Shown here piece by piece: positions 10,534 to 20,008 of a DNA stretch of 64,000 nt. The stretch's first letter is position 1, and each line of letters starts with the position of its first letter. The stretch is taken from the NCBI GenBank assembly GCA_035289625.1, contig DATDWP010000021.1:16053-80052 (forward strand). Direction: 5' to 3'. The position numbers were made by a program, and so were the translations under genes. The DNA comes from an archaeon. GTDB lineage: Archaea > Iainarchaeota > Iainarchaeia > Iainarchaeales > Iainarchaeaceae. The notes beneath the pieces were generated by a model. The model made no database searches. It worked only from the letters and a program-made list of their open reading frames with translations, and was not told the origin of the DNA.

Positions 10534-11490
10534 CTAAACCCCTTTTCTAAAGCTTTCAGATTCCATGCCCCTTAATTCGTTTACATTGTTTTTTGTCAAA
10601 AACTTTGGCCTGCCGTACTGCTCGATATTTAGAAGAACGCATAAATGCGCCAGGAAAACTTCAAGGACTTTGTTTCTTTTTTCCCCTGATTTTTCCAGTA
10701 TTTTAATTTTTGAGTCATTTACAATTTCTATATTCTGATTTTCCCCCGAAAAATTGCAATACACTGCGCAATCCGGGAACATATAGTCGGAAAAACCGTT
10801 TTTTAGATTCGCCAGCCCCTCAATAAAATAAATTCCGCCTGTCTTGCCCTCAACTTTCAAATTCTGCGGCAAGTAGAGAGCCACTCCTCTTGATTGCAGG
10901 TATCGCCCTGCAATTCCATCAAGTTCAATGGTTTTTTGGACAGATTCACCCATTTTATTGCACGAAACTATCAGGCCATGATTTTCAAGAATAAAAACGC
11001 CGCTCTTTCTTTTCCGCTCTTTTTCAAAAACAGCCACCGAGAGTTCAACCCCTGGAGTTTTGTATCCAACCCATTCAAAATCCGCATTTCCTAATGCATC
11101 TTTTGCAATATTTTGTGAATTTTGCGCGCAGCTAACGGAATTTATCAAAACAGAATGCGTATGCACAACAGAATTCCCCAGAACGGAATGGAACCCGGTT
11201 TCCATTGAAGCCACCTCATTCCCCTTTGTGCTTTTGCCAATAATTTCCGTGTAATTTTTTTCATTTGCAATGGAACTGTTTTCTGAAGCGCTTTTTAGAA
11301 ATGCACTGACTTTATTAAAATCCACATCTGCAATTCCCCCCTTCTCTGAAACATCTGCAAGGGTTATCCCTGACGCTTTAATGAGCATCCTGGATTTGTC
11401 TTTTATGGAAATATTTCCCCCGCCGGCCTGGACAAGATCTGGCCTTGAGCCGATTTTGCCGCAAGCATCCACTAGCTCTTTAGTTTGCAT
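10534..11490 (-). CDS. Class II aldolase/adducin-family protein (fuculose-1-P aldolase / ribulose-5-P 4-epimerase-like) with a ~100-aa C-terminal extension
   Basis: GGGNISIK, a metal-ligand His cluster (GFHS...VVHTHS) and ILENHGLIV. 318 aa. Confidence 0.6.
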   Translation of the reverse strand: MQTKELVDACGKIGSRPDLVQAGGGNISIKDKSRMLIKASGITLADVSEKGGIADVDFNKVSAFLKSASENSSIANEKNYTEIIGKSTKGNEVASMETGFHSVLGNSVVHTHSVLINSVSCAQNSQNIAKDALGNADFEWVGYKTPGVELSVAVFEKERKRKSGVFILENHGLIVSCNKMGESVQKTIELDGIAGRYLQSRGVALYLPQNLKVEGKTGGIYFIEGLANLKNGFSDYMFPDCAVYCNFSGENQNIEIVNDSKIKILEKSGEKRNKVLEVFLAHLCVLLNIEQYGRPKFLTKNNVNELRGMESESFRKGV

Positions 11491-13957
11491 TCTCTTCCCC
11501 TTTCCTTGCCTTCAGGCTCTCTGAAATCACCCAAAGGATCACTAATTGCACTGCCCCGTCAAGATCCTTTCTCCATACAACAGACCTGTTTTCAAGCACC
11601 TCTTCAAGGTTGGGAACAAGCAAATACGCAATTTCTGCCGCCTGCTCACTAGCCATCTTTCCGCTAAGCGTAATGTTTATAGTCCTCAGATCGCTATTGT
11701 AGTCCATGCCGGCGTTCATTTCTGTGCGCACATTCAGCGCCTCGACAAGTGCAGAGACATCAAATTTATTGTCAAGTGACAAAACAAGCATGAGACCATT
11801 CCCTTTTGGAATATAGCTCACTACGATATCTGCAAATCTCTTTTGAGGAGCAAGGAATGCTTTTGCGTCTTTCCCCCTCTTTTTCATGGACGCAATTACA
11901 TTTGAGGCCGAATATCCCCTCTCGGTTACATCGCGCTGTATTTTCCAGCTCTTTCTAAGGGATGGATGGGGATCCATGAATATCTTAATATCAAGCAGTT
12001 GCCTCATTTTTGTCAGATAAAATGAATGAAGGCCTGAGGCTATTATGAATTTTTTTGGCCAGACATATTTTTCCTTTGTAAATTTTCCCGTTGAATGGTC
12101 ATATTCACGGCGCATCAGCTTTTTTGAACCCTCAAGCGCCTCTATGGATTCGATGTCTTTGTGGAGAAAATTCCCGACCGGATTTAGATGGGTCAGGGTT
12201 TGCCAGTTTTTACTGCCCCTTTCCCATTTGTGCAAATCGTCCCCTTCCAGGAAAGTGATGTTATCTTGCCCAACAAGATCTGCAATAATAGAATTAGTGT
12301 AGCTCTTGCCGCTGCCAGAATCCCCGGATATTCCAATCGCCACCATGGATTTTTTATAGCGCAAATTTGCAATTATCCCGAATTTATACACAAAGTAAAT
12401 ATTTACAATCATAATTCCAATTAGAAGTGTCAGCGCAAAATTTGAGATGAACTGCGCATTAAGGCCAAATGCCTCAAAGATCGAGTACAGGTTTGGGAGG
12501 GTTGAAAACCCGCTAAACAAGGGCTGCAAAGAACCAGGCAGGTCCGCATCTTTACCCAAAAATAGGAAATAGAGCAAAAATAGGGCATTTATGCCCCAAT
12601 AAATCTTTTTTGAAATATTGTCATCCTTTACAAAAAAGTATGCAAGGAAAGGAATTACCCAAAAAAACCACCCTGGCCTTGCAGGAACCAATGTTATAAG
12701 TATTGTAAACACACCCGCAAATGCCATCATAAGCGCGTCTTGGTTAATATTTCTAAAATATGCAAGGCGCAGGAAAAAGAGGAACAAAACAAGGGGCACA
12801 ACAAAAATCACAAGGCCTGTTTGCCCAAATGGTATTTGCAGCAAGAATGCCAGCCACTGTTCTTCCGCGCCCAAAACAAGCTTTTGGTACCCTTGGGAAA
12901 AAATGAACGGCAGGATCAAAACCGCATATGCCCCTATTGCTACTGCAAAGTAGCTGATTGTTTTGCCTGCCAATTCCCTATTGCGCCATAAATACAGGAA
13001 AATGAAAGGGGCCGCAACAAAAATATTTGCCTTCGCGCTAAGAGCAATGCCCAGAACAAGTGCAGACGGGAGATATTTTTTATTTAGGAGCAGGTATACT
13101 GAAAGCAGGAGGAGGAAAATTGGGATCGCGTCCAACTGGCCGTGAAAATAACTTATATATAGTATTATTGGAGAGCACCAATAATACAGAAGAACAAGAT
13201 GCTCCTTTGTTTTTAGCAGTTTGATGAGGATATAGAATATCCCAATATCGGCAAGAAGCAGCGGGGCTTTTGCAAAAAAGAGCTGCAAAAAGCCATTTGA
13301 AAATATCGAAGGCGGAAGAAATGAGAAAAGAAAAGCCGGAAATGATACGGCAAGCAGCATTGTTGTTGAGTACGGAAAAGCCTTGAGTTCGCCCAGTTCA
13401 AAAAAGTGCTGGTAGGGGTTGGAAAAACCGGAAGAGACAAAGTAGTCAATGAATGGGATTGTCCCTTTCAAAATAAAATCCGAGCCGAAGAGAAATGAAA
13501 AAATTATTTTGACCAAAAGCACGGCGATAAAGAGGCGGCTGTGAAAAACTGGCGGCAAACTGATCTTGCGGAAGACCAAAAACTTTGAACCCAAAAAATT
13601 TGTCACGGTGGTTATTGCAATGGCCATGGCGTTTGCGGCAACTGCAACTATTCCAAAAGATTCCACAAGCATTTTTAGAAGGCTGAGGCCAAAAAAAAGC
13701 GAGAAAGTGTAAACCAGGAAATACTTTACAAGCTCTGCAAACTTTTCACCATTTGAGCCAAAAGTAAATTTTTTGTTCAGGCTAAAACCAAAAAGAACCC
13801 CCGCAAAGTAACCAACAGAGGCTGAGAGCAAATAATCAAGACCTGCAAAGTAAAGAAGAAGTATAAAAAGCGAGTAATTCAATATGGTTGAACCTAGGCC
13901 AACAACCGCAAACCGGAGGAACTCTGAACTCACCCCGCCAGACATAAAAAAAACCAA
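11480..13957 (-). CDS. Three-part fusion: N-terminal GtrA-like segment, polytopic membrane domain (GT-C/DUF2029-like), C-terminal P-loop nucleoside/sugar kinase domain (uridine kinase / phosphoribulokinase family)
   Basis: The N-terminus LRFAVVGLGSTILNYSLFILLLYFAGLDYLLSASVGYFAGVLFGFSLNKKFTFGS is GtrA-like. About 10 further TM segments follow. The C-terminus has a Walker A GISGDSGSGKS and a kinase-like core. 825 aa. Confidence 0.55.
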   Translation of the reverse strand: MVFFMSGGVSSEFLRFAVVGLGSTILNYSLFILLLYFAGLDYLLSASVGYFAGVLFGFSLNKKFTFGSNGEKFAELVKYFLVYTFSLFFGLSLLKMLVESFGIVAVAANAMAIAITTVTNFLGSKFLVFRKISLPPVFHSRLFIAVLLVKIIFSFLFGSDFILKGTIPFIDYFVSSGFSNPYQHFFELGELKAFPYSTTMLLAVSFPAFLFSFLPPSIFSNGFLQLFFAKAPLLLADIGIFYILIKLLKTKEHLVLLYYWCSPIILYISYFHGQLDAIPIFLLLLSVYLLLNKKYLPSALVLGIALSAKANIFVAAPFIFLYLWRNRELAGKTISYFAVAIGAYAVLILPFIFSQGYQKLVLGAEEQWLAFLLQIPFGQTGLVIFVVPLVLFLFFLRLAYFRNINQDALMMAFAGVFTILITLVPARPGWFFWVIPFLAYFFVKDDNISKKIYWGINALFLLYFLFLGKDADLPGSLQPLFSGFSTLPNLYSIFEAFGLNAQFISNFALTLLIGIMIVNIYFVYKFGIIANLRYKKSMVAIGISGDSGSGKSYTNSIIADLVGQDNITFLEGDDLHKWERGSKNWQTLTHLNPVGNFLHKDIESIEALEGSKKLMRREYDHSTGKFTKEKYVWPKKFIIASGLHSFYLTKMRQLLDIKIFMDPHPSLRKSWKIQRDVTERGYSASNVIASMKKRGKDAKAFLAPQKRFADIVVSYIPKGNGLMLVLSLDNKFDVSALVEALNVRTEMNAGMDYNSDLRTINITLSGKMASEQAAEIAYLLVPNLEEVLENRSVVWRKDLDGAVQLVILWVISESLKARKGEENAN

Positions 13958-14229
13958 AAACCCTGTTTTTAGATATAGTGCTGGTTAAGGCTTATTAACC
14001 ATTCCAAAAATCGAATTTAAACCCCTTGACTTTGCAAAAAAAACAAGCCCCGGCTACCATTGAAGACGCCCCAAAGGCCATTTAGCCCCAAAATCCATTG
14101 ACTTGACAATATGCCTCATTTTCGGCTTCCCTAGGTTTGACTGACTAGAGGCGATTTGATAAATGTTGAAAATAATATTTTCAATCAGCCACAACCCAGC
14201 CCCAAACTTTTAATTACCTACCAAGCCAA

Positions 14230-15240
14230 TTGTACTATATGAAATTTGCCAAATCCGCCGATTCTTTCAGGGTTGAAGAACTGATGCACCCTAACCTTTT
14301 GGGCGGAAATTACTTCTATTACATTTTGGAAAAACACGGCATTGATTCAGCCAGCGCAATAAAGGCCCTTGAAAAGCAAAACAAAGCCCGCATCCACTAC
14401 TCTGGGCTAAAGGATGCAAACGCCGCCACATCACAGTGGATATGCTCACTAAAAGAGCTCAAAGAAACAGACGACAAGAGAGTACAATTAACATACGCCG
14501 GAAACGGGGAGAACAGGATACATGTGGGGATGCACAGCGCAAACAGGTTCATTGCAAAGCTTAGCGATCTTACGTTGGAAGAGAAAAAATTCCTCAAAAA
14601 GGGACTGCACAAAATCACCCTGCCGAATTATTTTGACGAGCAAAGATTTAATGAAAAAACCCTCCGGTTAGGAAGTGCCCTGCGTTCGGGACAATTCGAG
14701 ATGGCATTAAAAACTGCACTAACAGAAAAACTCGGCATGGAATCTGAAAAATCCCATAAAATAAAGGCAGAAATAAAAGAGAAGTGGGGCAAGTGGGACG
14801 AATTAATCAAATCGGAGACAATTCCTAGAAGCAAAAAAGCAATTTTTGAACATTTACAAAAAGGCGCAAACTTTCGGCAGGCAATAGAACTGCTTGAAAA
14901 AAAGACGGTTGCAATAGCATGCAGGGCAATACAGTCACTTGAATTCAACACTGAACTTTCCGCGCAGATATCAAAGCACAAAAACAGCCCTCAAAAATCC
15001 ATCCAAATAGCAAACAGCACCTACCCAATAGAATTCAGGAAAAGGGCGGTGAAAAGGCAAATTGAGATCAGCGAAGTGTACCCTTCAAAAGTAAAGCTTG
15101 TGAGAAAGACATTTTTTGAACTAAAAAAACCAATTGTAAAATTTTCAGGCAACGATTGCACCCTTGAATTTTTCCTAAAAAAAGGGTCCTACGGAACAAT
15201 TACAATAAAGTGCATCATCGCCCTATGTGAAAACAAATAG
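14230..15240 (+). CDS. truD: tRNA pseudouridine synthase, TruD/Pus7 family
   Basis: Catalytic motif IHYSGLKDANAATSQW (G.KD..A.T.Q) and downstream NYFDEQRF (N.FG.QRFG-like). 336 aa. Confidence 0.6.
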   Translation: MYYMKFAKSADSFRVEELMHPNLLGGNYFYYILEKHGIDSASAIKALEKQNKARIHYSGLKDANAATSQWICSLKELKETDDKRVQLTYAGNGENRIHVGMHSANRFIAKLSDLTLEEKKFLKKGLHKITLPNYFDEQRFNEKTLRLGSALRSGQFEMALKTALTEKLGMESEKSHKIKAEIKEKWGKWDELIKSETIPRSKKAIFEHLQKGANFRQAIELLEKKTVAIACRAIQSLEFNTELSAQISKHKNSPQKSIQIANSTYPIEFRKRAVKRQIEISEVYPSKVKLVRKTFFELKKPIVKFSGNDCTLEFFLKKGSYGTITIKCIIALCENK

Positions 15241-15302
15241 ACCCCACTTTTTAAAAAAATAGGGGTGAAGTGCCGGAGATATTACACCCCGGCAAATCAA
15301 AT

Positions 15303-15461
15303 TCAGTTATTTTTCTGCAGCTCCTTTATTCTCTCTGCAACGCCTTTTGCTTCCTGTTCAAGAGATTCCTGATACTCCTTTAGCATCTCTATTTTTTCCT
15401 CTTTTGTGAGAAAGCCCCTGTAGGCATCATATTTTCCTTCGCATCCGCACATCAAAAACAT
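15303..15461 (-). CDS. Small ORF (52 aa) with N-terminal MCGCEG motif and a coiled-coil tail; hypothetical
   Basis: Hand translation MFLMCGCEGKYDAYRGFLTKEEKIEMLKEYQESLEQEAKGVAERIKELQKNN. It is below the ORF-track cutoff and divergent from padR. Confidence 0.25.
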   Translation of the reverse strand: MFLMCGCEGKYDAYRGFLTKEEKIEMLKEYQESLEQEAKGVAERIKELQKNN

Positions 15462-15480
15462 CCCTCCGTTGCGGCTATAT

Positions 15481-15495
15481 GCCGAACATATCGGC
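15481..15495. promoter_or_regulatory. Palindrome GCCGA-ACATA-TCGGC in the padR / small-ORF divergent intergenic region; candidate operator
   Basis: Perfect 5-bp arms. Flanked by a direct repeat of CGGCTATA (15472-15479 and 15492-15499). Confidence 0.3.
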
Positions 15496-15658
15496 TATAC
15501 GATACAACACTACATGCTATTTTTATATGTATCGCATAACCAATATATCAGAGCGGCCAAAAGGCAATTTAACCCTAAAGATCGCAATATAGCCCACCAC
15601 ACATAGGCAAAAAGCGCGAATTAAAATATTACAATCTCTAATATGATAGCGGGAAAAC

Positions 15659-15967
15659 ATGAAACGAGATGACTATTACGAGGACTGCTGCGACATGCGC
15701 GGCATGCTTGGCTTTCTGATACTCTTTTTACTATCAAAAAAAAGCATGCACGGCCAGCAGATTGCAGATGAACTTGAAAAAAGGAAAGGATATCGGCCAA
15801 GCCCTGGAACAATTTACCCTGCACTAAAAACCCTCAATGAAGCCGGGCTAATAAAAGAGACAAAGAAAGGAAAGGAAATAACATACACCCTAACTGCAGA
15901 TGGAAAAATCGGATTAAAGGCACTAAAGGAGAAATTTTGCAGAATATTTATAGGAGTTATTGATTAG
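15659..15967 (+). CDS. PadR-family transcriptional regulator
   Basis: 102 aa with the winged-helix motif GQQIADELEKRKGYRPSPGTIYPALKTLNEAGLI. Confidence 0.7.
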   Translation: MKRDDYYEDCCDMRGMLGFLILFLLSKKSMHGQQIADELEKRKGYRPSPGTIYPALKTLNEAGLIKETKKGKEITYTLTADGKIGLKALKEKFCRIFIGVID

Positions 15968-16147
15968 AGTTCAAAATTAGGAAGTGGAAATTGAAAAGAT
16001 AAAGTGATGGTTTTCCCCGGAGTTTCAACCCTTTAGAGGCGTACTCTTCCAGGCCCCACCATCAAAATACCTTAGTCCCGGAAAGTATATTTAAATATAT
16101 CCAAAGCACTAATCCTTCCAAATCCCAAAACCAGCTTGTGAACAAAT

Positions 16148-17299
16148 ATGGATAAAGAAAAAATGCGCCAGTTTAGCATACTTGCAGGGAAAATAGGCAT
16201 AGTGCTTCTTGTGCTGCTCTTCCTCTACTTTTACGGAAACTTCATATTGCAGCACCTGCTCGAACAGGTTTTTGAACGCGGATCTGTACAGACAATTTTG
16301 CCGCTTATTTTAGACGTATTAATACTTGTAATCGGCACACAAATATTTTTGATGATTTCAAGGTTTGTAATAACGCGCTACCTTGAAAACCGCGGAAAGA
16401 AAAAGGAAATACGCGTAATACTCACACTCTACACCTACCTGGTGTGGGCATTTATGGGCATGTTTTTGCTATCAACTATTTTCAAAGATATCGGAGCGCT
16501 GCTAACTTCAATCGGGCTCATAGGGTTTGGAATAACATTTGCCCTTCAAAAACCAATACTCAATTTTGTAGGATGGCTAACAATTGTTCTCACAAAACCA
16601 TTTAACATTGGGGATCGAATCGAAGTCACAGGAATTCGCGGAGATGTACTTTCCATAAATACAATGTATACAAGAGTGCAAGGAACTCGCCCGATTGCGC
16701 AGACAAAATCGGAGCAGATAATTACAATTCCCAATGAACAGATACTGACAAACCCTGTAATGAACTACTCCCGCATGGGGGATTTGTATTCAGATGATGT
16801 GACAATTTCAATTACGCGCCAGAGCAACTGGAGAAAGGCAACCGAAATTATGGAAATTGCGACCTCAAATGCGATAAAAAAATTCATTAAAACCAACACG
16901 CCCGCAACATTTGCAGAAAAGAGGTCGTGGCAGGAAGCAATAGCTCTATTGCAGCAGGCATCAAATAGACTAAGAAGGGGATTTGTAAAAGAATCTGTGC
17001 AGGAGAAAATAGAAATGCTAAAAACCGCTGAAACTACCTCCCAGATTGAACCGCCAAAGCCCAGAATACTTACAACAATTGGGCAGTACTCAATCGACCT
17101 CAATGTGCTATACCAGACAGACCTCTACTCTGTGCGCAATACGAAAAACGAAGTGGTGAGAAGCATACTTGAGGCAATTGAAAAAAGGGACGATATAGAA
17201 TTGGCATACCCGCAAACGCAATTCACATACGAGGAAAAGCCCAAAAAATTCACAAAGCAGGAAAAATTATTCCAAAAACCCAAAAGCCCGCCACAATAA
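16148..17299 (+). CDS. mscS: MscS-family small-conductance mechanosensitive channel
   Basis: Three N-terminal TM helices, then the pore-lining TM3 and beta-domain signature LTKPFNIGDRIEVTGIRGDVLSINTMYTRV. 383 aa. Confidence 0.75.
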   Translation: MDKEKMRQFSILAGKIGIVLLVLLFLYFYGNFILQHLLEQVFERGSVQTILPLILDVLILVIGTQIFLMISRFVITRYLENRGKKKEIRVILTLYTYLVWAFMGMFLLSTIFKDIGALLTSIGLIGFGITFALQKPILNFVGWLTIVLTKPFNIGDRIEVTGIRGDVLSINTMYTRVQGTRPIAQTKSEQIITIPNEQILTNPVMNYSRMGDLYSDDVTISITRQSNWRKATEIMEIATSNAIKKFIKTNTPATFAEKRSWQEAIALLQQASNRLRRGFVKESVQEKIEMLKTAETTSQIEPPKPRILTTIGQYSIDLNVLYQTDLYSVRNTKNEVVRSILEAIEKRDDIELAYPQTQFTYEEKPKKFTKQEKLFQKPKSPPQ

Positions 17300-17506
17300 C
17301 TACTCTTTTGCCCCAAAATAAATAAGCAAACCAAACACAAAAATCAAAAATGAATAGAGAGGAAGAAAAACACCGGGTTCAGTTGGCGAGAGCGCAAAAA
17401 AGCACAAATCAGAATTTATTTCCCTGCAATAAGAAAAGAAGAGTTCGTATGCAAAAAGCGCCGCGCCGAAAATTGCAATAATATAACCTATTGATTTTAG
17501 CTTCAT
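17300..17506 (-). CDS. Small two-TM membrane protein, hypothetical
   Basis: 68 aa, two hydrophobic helices. Coding status is uncertain. Confidence 0.25.
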   Translation of the reverse strand: MKLKSIGYIIAIFGAALFAYELFFSYCREINSDLCFFALSPTEPGVFLPLYSFLIFVFGLLIYFGAKE

Positions 17507-17565
17507 TTAAGAAAAATTAGATGATTTGAAATATTAAGCTATGCGCTGCAAACCTATTCACAAAA

Positions 17566-18039
17566 TTAAGCAGACGACCTATAAATGAGCTTGTGCATTG
17601 CCTTGCTTGTGATCTTGCTTGAAGGGCCCTTACTCGCGCTCTTTGTTGCCTTTCCCTTTTTTGCGGCTTTTTTTTTAGAACCTTTCTGCAATTCCTCAAC
17701 AATCTCTTTTAGCGCAATTATTTCAGATTCGGCAGTGGACCTGAAATTATCGAGCTTTTCAACCTTTTTTTTAAGATAAGCGTCTGCTGCAGGAGTTGAA
17801 ACAACCGTTGCCCTGTTCTCTAGCATTTGAAGTCGGCGGTGCGCAAGATCCACTTTTTGTGCAAGCGGGAGAATATTTACAGAACCCCTTTCCGGCTCTT
17901 GCAAAGGTTCAGATATCCCGCTCTCACGCACTTCTTTTGAAAGATTTGGTTTAAGCGGCTTTTTTAAAAAAAACAGCATTACATTGCCAATTACAAGCGC
18001 AACTATCAGAACTACCAAAAATAATGTTACAGGCCCCAT
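17566..18039 (-). CDS. Membrane-anchored, coiled-coil, Lys-rich protein; hypothetical
   Basis: N-terminal TM (VTLFLVVLIVALVIGNVMLFF), charged helical region, KKKAAKKGKATK tail. 157 aa. Confidence 0.4.
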   Translation of the reverse strand: MGPVTLFLVVLIVALVIGNVMLFFLKKPLKPNLSKEVRESGISEPLQEPERGSVNILPLAQKVDLAHRRLQMLENRATVVSTPAADAYLKKKVEKLDNFRSTAESEIIALKEIVEELQKGSKKKAAKKGKATKSASKGPSSKITSKAMHKLIYRSSA

Positions 18040-18071
18040 AAACTACACCTCCACAAAAAATCATTTTAAAC

Positions 18072-18824
18072 CTATGGGCAATAGAGGGCACTAAAATTGG
18101 CCCATGTGGCCTCTTGCACCTCTTTTTTGCTACAGCCCTTTATTTGGGCAACCTTAGCTAGCACAAGCGGGATCCATGAAGGGTCAGAAGTCTTGCCCCC
18201 AAAACTAACGGGGGCATCGGTTTCGAGCAAGAGATTGCTTAGGGGAATATTTTGCACAACCTCACACGAACCCTGATCCGAAAACAAAATCGGCCCGCAG
18301 GAGATAAAATAGCCCAAATCAATAGCCCTGCTACTTGTCTTTTTGCTGTTGGTAAACCAATGCATGTGCACATTTTTGAGCCCGCTCTTTTCCAATATAT
18401 CAAGGCATCGTGTTTCGGCATAGCGTGCGTGCACAACAAGCGGCTTTTTGTATTTTTTTGCCAGATCAATGAATCTCAAAAAAGCATCTTCTTGCAGCTG
18501 CCTTTCCTGAGTGGTTTTAGCATACTTAAAATCGAGCCCGACTTCCCCCACCGCGCTTGCACTTGGAATATTTTCCTCTACAAGTTCAAACGAGCGCTCC
18601 AGCCCCTTATTTGACATTTTGAGCACATCCTCTGGATGGATACCTACTGCACATTTTATTTGAGGGAATTTTTCGGATAACGAGAGGGAGGCCTTGATAG
18701 ATTGAAGGCTTGTTGAATTCGTAACTGCAAAGCCAACCTTTTGCCTGCGCATTTTTTTGATTATATTTTGCGGGTTTTTAAAAAAATCCATATGGCAATG
18801 TGAATCGGCTAACAAAAAAACCAC
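18072..18824 (-). CDS. tatD: TatD-family metal-dependent hydrolase/DNase
   Basis: Motif series HCHMDF, GIHPE, GEVGLD, VVHAR and ETDAP. 250 aa. Confidence 0.8.
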   Translation of the reverse strand: MVFLLADSHCHMDFFKNPQNIIKKMRRQKVGFAVTNSTSLQSIKASLSLSEKFPQIKCAVGIHPEDVLKMSNKGLERSFELVEENIPSASAVGEVGLDFKYAKTTQERQLQEDAFLRFIDLAKKYKKPLVVHARYAETRCLDILEKSGLKNVHMHWFTNSKKTSSRAIDLGYFISCGPILFSDQGSCEVVQNIPLSNLLLETDAPVSFGGKTSDPSWIPLVLAKVAQIKGCSKKEVQEATWANFSALYCP

Positions 18825-18883
18825 CTTTTAAAAAATATGCGCATCTAACGACTATTATCGAAAACAATTATATGTGATTGTGA

Positions 18884-20008
18884 ATGACAGAAAAAGAGCA
18901 AAAAACGCCAAAAAAGAGCATCGAACAAAAAAAGGCCGAATTTTTACACCCGGCAGCTTCCCCGAAATCACAGCAGCAATTCCCAATCCATCTAATAGGA
19001 ATGCTCCTAATACTCGGATTATTGATAGGGGCAGCGCTCACCCTGATAGTTTTCAACCCTAAAAACGGAAACGGGGACGATACAAACAGCATAAACGATG
19101 TGGAGTACCGCACAGTGCCAATTACAATGCTCTACTCAGATCAATGCAATGGATGCTCACAAACAAACACTTTTGAAGAGCTCTTTTTGGTGAGAAATAT
19201 CCCCTACAAACTTGAAAAAGTAGAGGCAAGTTCAGAAGAGGGCAAAGAACTCATAGAAAAATACTCAATACAAACCGTGCCCACGGCAATAATTGATGCC
19301 AAAAAAATAGAATTCTACCCCACAACAAAAAACAATTTTGATAATGTTCTTGAAAAAATAAGCGGGGCATACATAGCCCCTGAACTAAACCTTGATGCAA
19401 AAACATACCACCCGGTCTACTATCTTGAAAAAATTCCTGGATACTGCGATGCAAACAAGCCCACAGTTCTGCAGTTTGATGATTACTATACTCCTCAAAA
19501 TAATTCTGCAAGGCCTCTGCTATACGAATTCATTGCAGATTTTAACACAAGCACTGAACTTAAATATGTATTTGCCCAGAGCATATCACAAGACGAGAAT
19601 GCGGTTTTAGGAAACCTCTTTTTAACCTGCGCTTCAAATCAACAAAAATACCCAGAACTCGAATACAAAATCACCGGGATCTACTGCAACAACCCTTTCA
19701 AGGGCGACCCTGAAGTTGCGACAAGCTCTGAAATTAAAGGGTGCAGGACAATTAGCGAACACTATTCAAAACCCCTCACACAAATAGAGCTAGACATTGC
19801 CGCTGCAAGGGCAAAACTTGACCTAAACAAGCTTGCAGCATGCATTGCAACAAAAGAGACCATTTACAACAATGCAAAAAAACTTATAGAAGAGATCGGG
19901 ATAAATCGCACAGGCACATTCCTGATAAATTGCCAGGAAACAGCAAGCATTGACACACTACGCGATTCATTTTGCAAAATAAACCCGCAAGCGTGCAAGC
20001 GATCTTGA
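18884..20008 (+). CDS. Membrane-anchored thioredoxin-fold protein with CxxC motif (DsbA-like, tentative)
   Basis: TM anchor LIGMLLILGLLIGAALTLIVF then LYSDQCNGCSQ (CxxC). Several further Cys in the C-terminal half. 374 aa. Confidence 0.4.
   Translation: MTEKEQKTPKKSIEQKKAEFLHPAASPKSQQQFPIHLIGMLLILGLLIGAALTLIVFNPKNGNGDDTNSINDVEYRTVPITMLYSDQCNGCSQTNTFEELFLVRNIPYKLEKVEASSEEGKELIEKYSIQTVPTAIIDAKKIEFYPTTKNNFDNVLEKISGAYIAPELNLDAKTYHPVYYLEKIPGYCDANKPTVLQFDDYYTPQNNSARPLLYEFIADFNTSTELKYVFAQSISQDENAVLGNLFLTCASNQQKYPELEYKITGIYCNNPFKGDPEVATSSEIKGCRTISEHYSKPLTQIELDIAAARAKLDLNKLAACIATKETIYNNAKKLIEEIGINRTGTFLINCQETASIDTLRDSFCKINPQACKRS

Noticed and set aside
13958-14229. 272-nt intergenic region between the glyco-operon and truD as a possible ncRNA
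   Set aside because: It is a divergent-promoter spacer with A/T-rich tracts only. No conserved-looking stem-loops or known ncRNA motifs were recognised by eye.
15621-15824. 67-aa minus-strand ORF overlapping padR
   Set aside because: It is antisense to a well-supported PadR CDS and has no features. It is a shadow ORF.
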